Assembly: GCA_963809295.1 (NCBI GenBank)
Contig: CAWEJA010000013.1
Span: 87,656-151,655 of the forward strand
Direction of reading: 5' to 3'
Length of the DNA: 64,000 nt
From: Terriglobia bacterium
GTDB lineage: Bacteria; Acidobacteriota; Terriglobia; Terriglobales; Acidobacteriaceae
The translations under genes were made by a program, and so were the position numbers. The notes under the pieces are model-generated. The model ran no database searches and was not told where the DNA came from. It saw only the letters and a program-made list of their open reading frames with translations. Of the stretch, positions 10,612 through 18,810 are shown piece after piece (position 1 is the first letter of the stretch; each line of letters opens with the position of its first letter).

Positions 10612-11796
10612 GTGAAATCACTGTCAAGGCTCCTGATCTTGTTCGTGCTGGCGCTCCTGTGCCGCACGACAGCCCAGCGCCAACATCCGCTCCCATTGCC
10701 GGCCCTCAGCAATTGTTTCACGAAGGCGAAGCCGCTCTGAAGAAAAACAATCTCGACCCGGCAGAGCGTTCATTCCGCGCCGTGCTGGCCTTGGACCCGC
10801 AAGCCACCGGCGCCTATGCCAATCTGGGCGTCATCTTCATGCGGCGCAAGCAATGGCCGCAAGGGCTGGAGATGCTGCACAAAGCTGAACGTCTAATGCC
10901 GCAAGTACCGGGCATTCGTCTCAATCTGGGCTTGGTCTACTACCGTCAAAACAATTTCCGCGCCGCCATCGCGCCCTTCGAATCCGTCGTGCGCGATGTG
11001 CCCGATTCCTACCAGGCGCGCTACCTTCTGGGGCTCTGCTATTTCTTCACCGAGCGCTACGCCGACGCCACGACCATGCTCGAACCGCTCTGGCCGCAGG
11101 CATCGAATCAATTGAACTATCTGTACGTACTGGGAATTGCGGCTGGCAAATCCTCCCGGCCCGATCTCGAGCAGCGTGCTCTTGGCAACCTTCTGGAAAC
11201 TGGCCAGAACTCTCCCGAAGTGCATCTCCTGATCGGCAAGGCTCACATCAACCGCGAAGAATATGACGAGGCGATCAAGGAGCTCGAGCTCGCCGCCCAG
11301 GGTAATCCCAAACTTCCCTTCGTTCATTTTCAACCTGGGAGTGGCTTACTTCAAGAAGCAGGAGCTGCAGTGAGCGAAAGAGGAATTCCTCCAGGACGCG
11401 GCCCTCGAGCCGGATGTTGCCTACAATTACGACCAACTGGGACTGGTGAACTCGCTGCAAGGAAACAATCAGGAGGCGGAAAGGAATCTGCGCCAGGCTT
11501 TGCGGCTTGATCCCGGCCTGGGCAGCTCTCACTACCAGCTGGCGCACGTATACCAGAGTGAAGGCAAGTACGCGCAAGCGCTGGCGGAAATCGATGCGGC
11601 GGCAAAAATCGATCGGGACAATTCCAGCGTTCACTACTTGCGCGGACAGCTCTTGCAGCGCCTACGCCGCACTCAGGAAGCCCGCGCCGAGATGGATGCC
11701 ACCACCCGCGTGATGAACGAACAGCGCGACAAACGGCAAAAAGAGCTTTATGGCGGCCCTGCCCCCAATCCCGAGCTAACTCAGGAGCCGCAGTAG
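10612..11796 (+). pseudogene. Tetratricopeptide-repeat protein, disrupted (frameshift(s) plus in-frame TGA)
   Basis: TPR sequence runs in frame 3 (10659..about 11327, ..NPKLPFVHF) and continues in frame 1 (FNLGVAYFKKQELQ*AKEEFLQDAALEPDVAYNYDQLGLV..). The switch is at the T4 run 11327-11330, and an in-frame TGA lies at 11371-11373. A signal-peptide-like VKSLSRLLILFVLALLCRTTAQ in frame 1 from GTG 10612 suggests a further shift near 10665-10690. Confidence 0.7.
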
Positions 11797-11985
11797 CCCA
11801 ATGTAGACGCGAGCGTCCCGCTCAGACGGGGCGTGCGCGTGTCTGGTCCGTCTCGCCCCTGTACGAGCGCGACCCTCGCGCCTCCATCACCGCCTTTTTT
11901 TGGTAGACTGTGGCCGTCCGCGGCTTACTCCGCAAGGTTGCCGACCCTTTCAAGAATCAACGCCGCACGTAAGGAGTTCTCTCCC

Positions 11986-13641
11986 ATGAAACGCGCACTG
12001 AAAATTATCGGGATCGTCGTGTTCGTCATTCTGCTGGCGGTGATTGCGCTGCCTTTTCTGATCAATGTCAACAGCTTCCGCCCCAAGCTGGAATCTGAGC
12101 TCTCCACCGCTCTCGGCCGCCAGGTCAAAGTCGGCAATCTCAGCCTTTCCATCTTGTCGGGAAGCGTTTCAGCGGAGGATCTGTCGATCTCGGACGATCC
12201 AGCTTTCAGCAAAAACTTCTTCATTCAGGCCAAATCGCTGAAGGTGGGCGTGGAAGTGATGCCGCTGATCTTTTCGAAGACCCTGCACGTCACCGATATC
12301 ACGCTCGACCGGCCGGAGATTGCGCTGCTGCGCGACGCCTCGGGAAAATGGAACTTCTCCAGCCTGGGTGGCAAGTCCGAGGCTGAGAAAAAGCCGGCGA
12401 CCGCTGAGTCGTCGCCTTCCACGGCGAATCTTTCGGTCAGCAAACTGGACGTAAAAGATGGCCGCCTGTCGGTGAACCGCGCCAACTCCTCCATCAAGCC
12501 TCACGTCTACGACAATGTGGACATCAGCGTGCGCGATTTTTCCCTCACTTCGCAGTTCCCGTTTACCATCACTGCGAATCTTCCCGCCGGCGGCACTGCG
12601 AAACTTGACGGCAAGGCTGGCCCCATCAATTCCACCGACGTGTCAGCGAGTCCACTTGAAGCAAAGATCAACATCAAGGGTCTCGACCTGACTGCCTCTG
12701 GATTTGTTGACCCATCCACCGGAATCGCGGGCGTCGCTGACTTTGATGGCACGCTCAACACCGATGGCAAGATGGCGCGAACCAGCGGTACGCTGAAAGC
12801 CGACAAGCTCAAGCTGGCCGTTAAGGGTTCGCCGGCCACGCGCCCCGTAGAAGTGAAATATGCCACGGATTACGATCTGGTAAAGCAGGGTGGAACTCTG
12901 ACTCAGGGCGACGTTTCTCTGGGCAAAGCTCTGGCCAAGCTCACCGGCACCTACCAGTCGCAAGGAGAGTCGACGGTATTGAACATGAAGCTCAACGCCG
13001 ACGGCATGCCAGTCGACGATCTTCAAACCATGCTGCCCGCGCTCGGTATCATCCTGCCCTCTGGATCGTCCCTGCAGGGCGGAACGCTTTCGGTCAACGT
13101 GGGCATCGTCGGCCCGGTGGACAAGTTGGTCATCACCGGACCGATTCGCCTGGTGCAGACGAAACTTGCGGGCTTCAATCTGGCCTCCAAGATGTCCGCG
13201 ATCTCCGCGTTGTCGGGCACGCAGACTGGGTCTGATACTTCCATCCAGAACCTGAGCACGGATGCGCGCGTCGCGCCGGAGGGTGTCCATACCCAGAACA
13301 TCAACCTGACGATTCCTGCTCTCGGCACGGTCACCGGAGACGGAACCATCAGCCCCGGCGGAGCGTTGAACTACAAAATGAACGCAAGCCTCTCCGGCGG
13401 CGTGGTGACTGGACTCACACAGCTCGCTGGCATGGGTGGCAAAGGTGGCAGCATTCCCTTCTTCATCCAGGGAACCACATCCGATCCCAAATTCATGCCC
13501 GACGTAAAAGGCATGGTGGGCAGCCAGTTGAAAGGCGGCCTGGGTGGTCTTCTGGGAGGGGCGACGACCGGAAAGAGCCCGGCAGGAAATTCTGCGGTGG
13601 ACGCGTTAGGCGGGCTGTTCGGAAAAAAGAAAAAACAGTAG
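11986..13641 (+). CDS. AsmA family protein
   Basis: 551 aa from ATG 11986 (AAGGAG upstream). N-terminal anchor MKRALKIIGIVVFVILLAVIALPFLINVNSFRPKLESELSTALGRQVKVGNLSLS, typical of AsmA, then a long beta-rich region and a Gly/Lys tail. Confidence 0.85.
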   Translation: MKRALKIIGIVVFVILLAVIALPFLINVNSFRPKLESELSTALGRQVKVGNLSLSILSGSVSAEDLSISDDPAFSKNFFIQAKSLKVGVEVMPLIFSKTLHVTDITLDRPEIALLRDASGKWNFSSLGGKSEAEKKPATAESSPSTANLSVSKLDVKDGRLSVNRANSSIKPHVYDNVDISVRDFSLTSQFPFTITANLPAGGTAKLDGKAGPINSTDVSASPLEAKINIKGLDLTASGFVDPSTGIAGVADFDGTLNTDGKMARTSGTLKADKLKLAVKGSPATRPVEVKYATDYDLVKQGGTLTQGDVSLGKALAKLTGTYQSQGESTVLNMKLNADGMPVDDLQTMLPALGIILPSGSSLQGGTLSVNVGIVGPVDKLVITGPIRLVQTKLAGFNLASKMSAISALSGTQTGSDTSIQNLSTDARVAPEGVHTQNINLTIPALGTVTGDGTISPGGALNYKMNASLSGGVVTGLTQLAGMGGKGGSIPFFIQGTTSDPKFMPDVKGMVGSQLKGGLGGLLGGATTGKSPAGNSAVDALGGLFGKKKKQ

Positions 13642-13644
13642 GAA

Positions 13645-13679
13645 GTCGGGCGTCGGACCTCGGACTTCGGATGTCAGAT
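13645..13679. repeat. Heptanucleotide tandem array (5 units)
   Basis: GTCGGGC GTCGGAC CTCGGAC TTCGGAT GTCAGAT immediately after the AsmA stop. Confidence 0.5.
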
Positions 13680-13686
13680 TTTTCGA

Positions 13687-13748
13687 TGTGGGCGCGAGCG
13701 TTCTCGCTCGGGCGTCAGCCAGCACGAGCACAGATGCTCGCGCCCACA
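13687..13748. repeat. REP-like long inverted repeat
   Basis: TGTGGGCGCGAGC (13687-13699) pairs with GCTCGCGCCCACA (13736-13748). There is an inner hairpin GAGCG-TTCT-CGCTC. A related TGTAGACGCGAGCGTCCCGCTC occurs at about 11803. Confidence 0.5.
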
Positions 13749-13782
13749 CGCGTATTTGCGGCAGCAAGTCAAGGAGCGAAGC

Positions 13783-14220
13783 ATGGCCGAAAAAGTTCCT
13801 CAGAATTTCTCCAATCACGCCCGCTTTGACCCGCCATTTCACTTTTTCATTTTGCCGGTCTTTGCTCTTTCCGTCATCATCACAATCGTCCATCTGGCGA
13901 TGCATCCGGGACTGCACTCGGCATGGGTGGTGATCTTCGCGCTCGCCGCCATGGCAGCCGTTTTCAAAATACGGCTGTACGCGCTCAAGGTGCAGGATCG
14001 GATTGTCCGGCTCGAGGAAAGGCTACGGCTCGCCATTCTGCTGGACAAGCCAATGCGTGCTCGCATCGGTGAACTCTCGGAATCACAATTGATAGCTTTG
14101 CGCTTTGCTTCCGACGCCGAACTGCCTGCATTGGCAGAGAAAGCCTTATCACAAAAGCTGTCGAACAAGGACATCAAGAAAGCAATCGTCCAGTGGAGGC
14201 CGGACTACTGGAGAGTGTAG
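13783..14220 (+). CDS. Hypothetical membrane protein (two predicted TM helices)
   Basis: 145 aa from ATG 13783 (AAGGAG upstream). Hydrophobic segments FHFFILPVFALSVIITIVHLAM and AWVVIFALAAMAAVF. No domain recognised. Confidence 0.7.
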   Translation: MAEKVPQNFSNHARFDPPFHFFILPVFALSVIITIVHLAMHPGLHSAWVVIFALAAMAAVFKIRLYALKVQDRIVRLEERLRLAILLDKPMRARIGELSESQLIALRFASDAELPALAEKALSQKLSNKDIKKAIVQWRPDYWRV

Positions 14221-14244
14221 TCGGTCAGGAATGAGCATCTGTGA

Positions 14245-14274
14245 GTGGACACTCTCTGGTGTCCACCCATTTTG
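14245..14274 (+). terminator. Rho-independent terminator candidate
   Basis: GTGGACAC-TCTCTG-GTGTCCAC (perfect 8-bp stem) followed by CCATTTTG, 25 nt after the stop at 14220. Confidence 0.6.
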
Positions 14275-14283
14275 ACTTGGACT

Positions 14284-15345
14284 TTAGGCGGCTGCGTCCT
14301 GTGCGGGTATAGGATCCGGACGGCGGCGAGCTGATCGGTTGGGCGGCAGGCCGGCGTCGCGAATCTTGTAGAGCAGGGCGCGGTAGCTGATGCTCAGGGC
14401 ACGCGCCGCCTGCTTGCGATTCCAGTGATGCGCCTGCAGAACCTTCAGGATCACCTTGCGTTCCAGTTCCCGAGTGGCCGCGCGAGTAATCGTCTTCAGT
14501 GCGATCGGGCCGTCGTAGTTGATGTCAGGAATCGGATATTCCTGCTGGTGCGCCACCAGATCACTGCTGATCACCTCTTCGTTGCCCAAAATCACATATC
14601 TCTTGATCAGGTTTTCCAACTCGCGGATGTTGCCCGGCCAGTGATACTTCTGCAGCGATGTCATCAAGTCGCCCGAAAGAGTACGAGCGCGACAGTTGTA
14701 TTTGCGGTTGTAGTATTCGAGGAAGTATGTGACCAGATCGGGAATGTCGCCGCGCCGCTCGCGCAGGGGCGGCATTTGCAGATTCACGACATTGATTCGG
14801 TAGAACAAGTCCTGACGGAAGGTTCCGCTTTCGATCTCCGCTTCCAGGACCCGGTTGGTGGCGCAGACCACGCGCACTTCAACCTTCTTGTCTTCCTGGG
14901 CGCCGATGCGGCAGAACTGTCCGTCCTGCAGCAACTGCAACAGCTTGGATTGCAGACCGAGGTCCAGTTCGGAAATTTCGTCGAGAAAAAGCGTCCCGCG
15001 ATGGGCCAGCTCCACCCGCCCCGGTTTCGATCCATAGGCTCCGGTGAAGGCACCTTTTTCGTATCCAAAAAGCTCGCTCTCGAGCAGCGTGCCCGGAATG
15101 GCCGGGCAGTTTACTTTGACGAACGGACCATTCCGCCAGGGAGAAAGCCCGTGAATCATGCGCGCGATGATGTCTTTGCCGGTGCCGCTCTCGCCCTGAA
15201 TCAGGACGGGGACGTTGGCGCTTGCGACCTTGTCCATGCGGCTGCGCAGGGACTGCATAACCTCGGAATGGCCGAAAATCACGGCCTCGGGAGGAAACTC
15301 TCCCAGTGAAGTAGCCAGCGCAGTTACGGTAGGTATGTTTGTCAT
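14284..15345 (-). CDS. Sigma-54-dependent transcriptional activator lacking a receiver/sensor domain (PspF-like architecture)
   Basis: 353 aa. The AAA+ core begins at about residue 25. Walker A GESGTGKD, GAFTGA loop (EKGAFTGA), C-terminal Fis-type HTH NRKQAARALSISYRALLYKIRDAG. Confidence 0.92.
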   Translation of the reverse strand: MTNIPTVTALATSLGEFPPEAVIFGHSEVMQSLRSRMDKVASANVPVLIQGESGTGKDIIARMIHGLSPWRNGPFVKVNCPAIPGTLLESELFGYEKGAFTGAYGSKPGRVELAHRGTLFLDEISELDLGLQSKLLQLLQDGQFCRIGAQEDKKVEVRVVCATNRVLEAEIESGTFRQDLFYRINVVNLQMPPLRERRGDIPDLVTYFLEYYNRKYNCRARTLSGDLMTSLQKYHWPGNIRELENLIKRYVILGNEEVISSDLVAHQQEYPIPDINYDGPIALKTITRAATRELERKVILKVLQAHHWNRKQAARALSISYRALLYKIRDAGLPPNRSARRRPDPIPAQDAAA

Positions 15346-15386
15346 GAGTATCGTGGCCCAGGGCCCGTTGTTGCAGAACCATACTG

Positions 15387-15402
15387 TGCACCCCGAGAGC
15401 CA
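15387..15402 (-). promoter_or_regulatory. Candidate sigma-54 (-24/-12) promoter
   Basis: The minus strand reads TGGCTC-TCGGG-GTGCA against consensus TGGCAC-N5-TTGCA (correct GG-N10-GC spacing, 2 mismatches). It lies 42-57 nt upstream of the bEBP start codon. Confidence 0.3.
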
Positions 15403-15550
15403 AACCCCTCCCGGTGCCCAAAGCCGGCTCTGATTTATGAGTTAAGTTATTTATAATGATTAAGTTGGACGATTCCCAGCAGGCTCTAAGGAAATCTGGC
15501 AAGGCACACCGCTCTCGCCGAAAGGCAAGCCGAGCAGTGGGAAAAACTTT

Positions 15551-16108
15551 TCACAGAACAGAAGCAACTTTCCTTGGGCGGGAACGGCTACGAGCGGCTT
15601 GGGCAACCAATGGATGAGAGAATTTAAGCCCCACCAGATGGTAGCCATCCGCATGCGTCACCCACAGACTTCGGGCACGAAGATTGCGCGCCGCCTTAGG
15701 CAGCGAGTTCGCCGCGGCCAGTGGCGCGCTGGGGATTTCCAGCAAAACCTGCGCGGAGAGCGGCAATGAGCGGCGGACCGCAACCAGAGCACCCCCGGCG
15801 GAGATGTTTAGCGCGGTGGCAAACTCGAGTAAATCCTTGCCTTTTTCGTCGCGGCTACGAACGAAAACCGGGATAGCGATGGGGAGGCGCGGCCATTGGC
15901 GGCGCTGGGCTTCGGGATTCGCGGTGCGCTTCAAAATCACCCCTCTAGACGCGAGATAACCCTTGTCCCGCACCTTGGGGGCCAAACTGACCCGGCTGGA
16001 AGTGTCATTTGCGGTAACAAACCGGTAAGACTTCCGGTGATTCCATGCAAATCCGCACTCAAGGGCCTGCTCCGACCCAAGTATGTTCTCTTTATATTCG
16101 CCTAGCAA
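15551..16108 (-). CDS. PilZ domain-containing protein
   Basis: 185-aa ORF starting at TTG; the start is uncertain because there is no internal Met. It carries the PilZ c-di-GMP motifs RQWPR (RxxxR) and NISAGG (NxSxxG). Confidence 0.72.
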   Translation of the reverse strand: MLGEYKENILGSEQALECGFAWNHRKSYRFVTANDTSSRVSLAPKVRDKGYLASRGVILKRTANPEAQRRQWPRLPIAIPVFVRSRDEKGKDLLEFATALNISAGGALVAVRRSLPLSAQVLLEIPSAPLAAANSLPKAARNLRARSLWVTHADGYHLVGLKFSHPLVAQAARSRSRPRKVASVL

Positions 16109-16187
16109 AGGTCCTTTAACCTAGAACTTTGAAGCGCTTAGCACCGCAAGGTTTTTCCCTTTCGTTACTACTTGCTTGCATTTTCCG

Positions 16188-16216
16188 TTGACACCGCAAA
16201 AGCGGTGTCATACGAT
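16188..16216 (+). promoter_or_regulatory. Sigma-70-type promoter candidate overlapped by a 20-bp palindrome
   Basis: TTGACA (16188-16193), 17-nt spacer, TACGAT (16211-16216), about 75 nt upstream of the histidine kinase ATG. The spacer contains GACACCGC-AAAA-GCGGTGTC (16190-16209). Confidence 0.5.
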
Positions 16217-16289
16217 TTCGAAGGTAGTGAATTTCATACGCTCGGCTACTTTTTTCCCTCCCCAGTAAGCCAACCTGAGTTCTCATCTT

Positions 16290-17264
16290 ATGGGAGTTGC
16301 GCCGGAAAATACGTGTCTTTCTCAGGAATCTGGGGCTCAGAAGGCCGGCCTTCAGAAGTCAGCCACTGGGGAAGTTGGCGCGGCTGCGCCCAAGGCAGCC
16401 CCGGCAAAGAGTAAGGCTGCCGACCCGCTTAGTTACGATGCATTGCTCCAGGAGTACAACCAGTTGCGGGAACGCTCCACGCGGACCACGAACGCTCTCG
16501 GTTCGGCGGCTCACGACCTCAAGACTCCGCTCTCCATTCTGAACGGGTATATCGAATTGCTGCAGAATGAAAAGCTGGGACCCCTCAACGAGCGGCAGCG
16601 GGAAATTCTCGGTGACATGCAGGCTAGCGGGCAGCGTCTGCAACATTTTATACAGGATTTTCTCAGCTACACGGTGCTCGAAACCGGCGAGATGAAGATG
16701 CGGTACGAGACCGGGAACGTGAACCCCTGCCTCTCCGAAGTCTGCCGCCTCTGGGCACACCGCTTCCAGGAACGGGGCCTAGCGCTGTATTTTCTGGCCA
16801 ACGAGAAACTGCCGGAATTTAGCTTTGACTCGGCCAAGCTGCAGCGGGTGATCTCCAATCTTCTGGAAAACGCATCCAAGTTCACGCCCACCGGAGGCAC
16901 GGTTTGGCTGCACGCCGAACCTTACATGTGGGAGCGCCGGAACCCTAACAGCGCGGCCATGCCGGGCGAGCGGCGCCGGCAGAATAACCCCCTGCCGAAC
17001 TCGGTCAAGGTCAGCGTTTCCGACACCGGTCCGGGAATTCCGGCGGAATATCACATCGAAGTTTTCGACGATTTTTTCCGGTTGCCGGGAAATGAAGCGC
17101 AAACTGAAGGCATGGGTTTGGGGCTCGCTATTGCGCGCCGCCTGGTGAGCGCCATGGGGGGTAAGATCTGGGTGGAAAGCGAACTGGGGTCGGGCGCACG
17201 ATTCTCTTTCATCATTCCGCTCAAGCCAGCTGCGACCGCAGTCAGTAAAGGGAAAAACAAATGA
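16290..17264 (+). CDS. Sensor histidine kinase (soluble, HisKA + HATPase_c)
   Basis: 324 aa with H-box SAAHDLKTPLS, N-box LLENASKFTP, G1 DTGPGIP and G2 GMGLGLAI. No TM segment. Confidence 0.9.
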   Translation: MGVAPENTCLSQESGAQKAGLQKSATGEVGAAAPKAAPAKSKAADPLSYDALLQEYNQLRERSTRTTNALGSAAHDLKTPLSILNGYIELLQNEKLGPLNERQREILGDMQASGQRLQHFIQDFLSYTVLETGEMKMRYETGNVNPCLSEVCRLWAHRFQERGLALYFLANEKLPEFSFDSAKLQRVISNLLENASKFTPTGGTVWLHAEPYMWERRNPNSAAMPGERRRQNNPLPNSVKVSVSDTGPGIPAEYHIEVFDDFFRLPGNEAQTEGMGLGLAIARRLVSAMGGKIWVESELGSGARFSFIIPLKPAATAVSKGKNK

Positions 17265-18664
17265 CCGAAGCGGTCAATATCTTGTTGGTGGATGACGAAC
17301 CAGGAATGCTGCGCTACATCCGCACCCTGCTCGAAGTGGATGAGTACAAAGTCGAAACCGCTTCGACCGGCGAGGAAGCGCTGCAGCGGGTGGAGAAAGG
17401 TCTGCGGCCCGACCTGGTACTCCTGGATCTGCTCATGCCTGGAATCGACGGTCTGCAGACCCTGGAACAGTTGCGGCAGCTGGTGCCGGGCATGAAGGTA
17501 GTCATGCTTTCGTGCGTCAGCGACACCCGCAAAGTGGTGCAAGCCATTCGCCTCGGCGCGCACGATTACCTCACCAAACCTTTCCAGAAAGCGGAACTGA
17601 ATACCGTCATTGACCAGTGCCTGGGAAAGAACCAGGAGAGCTTCTCCGGCGAAGTGGAAGAACTCGCCGACGAAGTATTCTTCGTGGCTGCCAGTCCGGC
17701 CATGCGCAAGATTCGCTCGCAGGCAGCACTCGTTGCTGGCGTGGATATTCCGGTCCTGATGCTGGGCGAGAGCGGTACCGGCAAGGAAGTGGTGGCCCGG
17801 CTGATTCACAAGCTGTCTCCGCGCGCCCACCGAACTTTCCTGAAAGTAAACTGCGCCGCCGTGCCCGCTGATCTGCTGGAAAGCGAGTTGTTCGGTTACG
17901 AGGCCGGGGCCTTCACCGGCGCGAACCACGCCAAGCCCGGCAAATTCGAGCTGTGCAACAAAGGCACGATTTTGCTCGACGAAATTGGCGAGATGCCTCC
18001 GCTGCTGCAGGCTAAGCTGTTGCATGTGCTGCAGGACCAGCAGTTCTCTCGCCTGGGCAGCCGCTCGGTCATCAAAGTGGACGTCCGCATCCTGGCCGCA
18101 ACCAACATCAATATTCCAGAAGCACTGGCCAACAAGCGTCTGCGCGAAGATCTCTACTACCGCTTGAACGCCTTCACCATGCAATTGCCGCCGCTGCGGG
18201 AACGGAAAGAGGAAATTCCCATTCTGCTGAAGCATTTCATGGCGCGCATGTCGGAGCAGTACGCGCGTCCCCCGCTGCCGCTCTCTCCCAACATGCTGCA
18301 AGCCACACAGGATTACTCCTGGCCCGGCAACCTGCGCGAGCTGAATAATTTCATCAAACGATACCTGGTGCTAGGCGACGAGAAGCTGGCAATCCAGGAA
18401 CTGCAGCCCAAGGACGGCGGCCACGGAACAAAGCCTGAGACGGCACACGCTCCCGGCGAACCCGGCGGTGGGCTAAAATCCGTGGCGCGCGGAGCCAAGG
18501 ACGAAGCCGAAGCCGAAGCCATCCGGCAAGCCCTCGATCAGACTAACTGGAACCGCAAGCAGGCAGCGGCGCTGTTGCAGATCAGCTATAAAGCGCTCCT
18601 CTACAAAATCCGCCAGTACGGAATCGCGCAGACGAAAAGCCACAAGCTGACTGCCGGCGCGTAA
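17261..18664 (+). CDS. Sigma-54-dependent response regulator (NtrC family)
   Basis: 467 aa with a REC domain (LVLLDLLMPGIDG), Walker A GESGTGKE, GAFTGA and a C-terminal HTH NRKQAAALLQISYKALLYKIRQYG. The start overlaps the kinase stop (ATGA). Confidence 0.93.
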   Translation: MTEAVNILLVDDEPGMLRYIRTLLEVDEYKVETASTGEEALQRVEKGLRPDLVLLDLLMPGIDGLQTLEQLRQLVPGMKVVMLSCVSDTRKVVQAIRLGAHDYLTKPFQKAELNTVIDQCLGKNQESFSGEVEELADEVFFVAASPAMRKIRSQAALVAGVDIPVLMLGESGTGKEVVARLIHKLSPRAHRTFLKVNCAAVPADLLESELFGYEAGAFTGANHAKPGKFELCNKGTILLDEIGEMPPLLQAKLLHVLQDQQFSRLGSRSVIKVDVRILAATNINIPEALANKRLREDLYYRLNAFTMQLPPLRERKEEIPILLKHFMARMSEQYARPPLPLSPNMLQATQDYSWPGNLRELNNFIKRYLVLGDEKLAIQELQPKDGGHGTKPETAHAPGEPGGGLKSVARGAKDEAEAEAIRQALDQTNWNRKQAAALLQISYKALLYKIRQYGIAQTKSHKLTAGA

Positions 18665-18810
18665 GCGATCAGGCAATAACCACAGAGCGGCGCACCGAGG
18701 AGACAAGGTGTAGTTGGGGTGGGCGCCCGTTTATTGCCGAACAGCACGTCATCCGGTCACAATCGGGGACGCAGCCAAGGAACCCGACTGAGCCTGCGAA
18801 TTGTTCGATG

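Noticed and set aside
11371-11373. In-frame TGA in the TPR gene considered as selenocysteine or stop-codon recoding
   Set aside because: TPR scaffolds have no redox role for Sec. I see no obvious stem-loop immediately downstream resembling a bacterial SECIS. The same gene also carries frameshift(s), so disruption is the simpler reading.
16146-16160. Weak sigma-54-like element (minus strand AGGGAA-AAACC-TTGC) upstream of the PilZ gene
   Set aside because: Only the GG and TTGC positions match. The -24 hexamer is poor, so it cannot be distinguished from chance without a scoring matrix.
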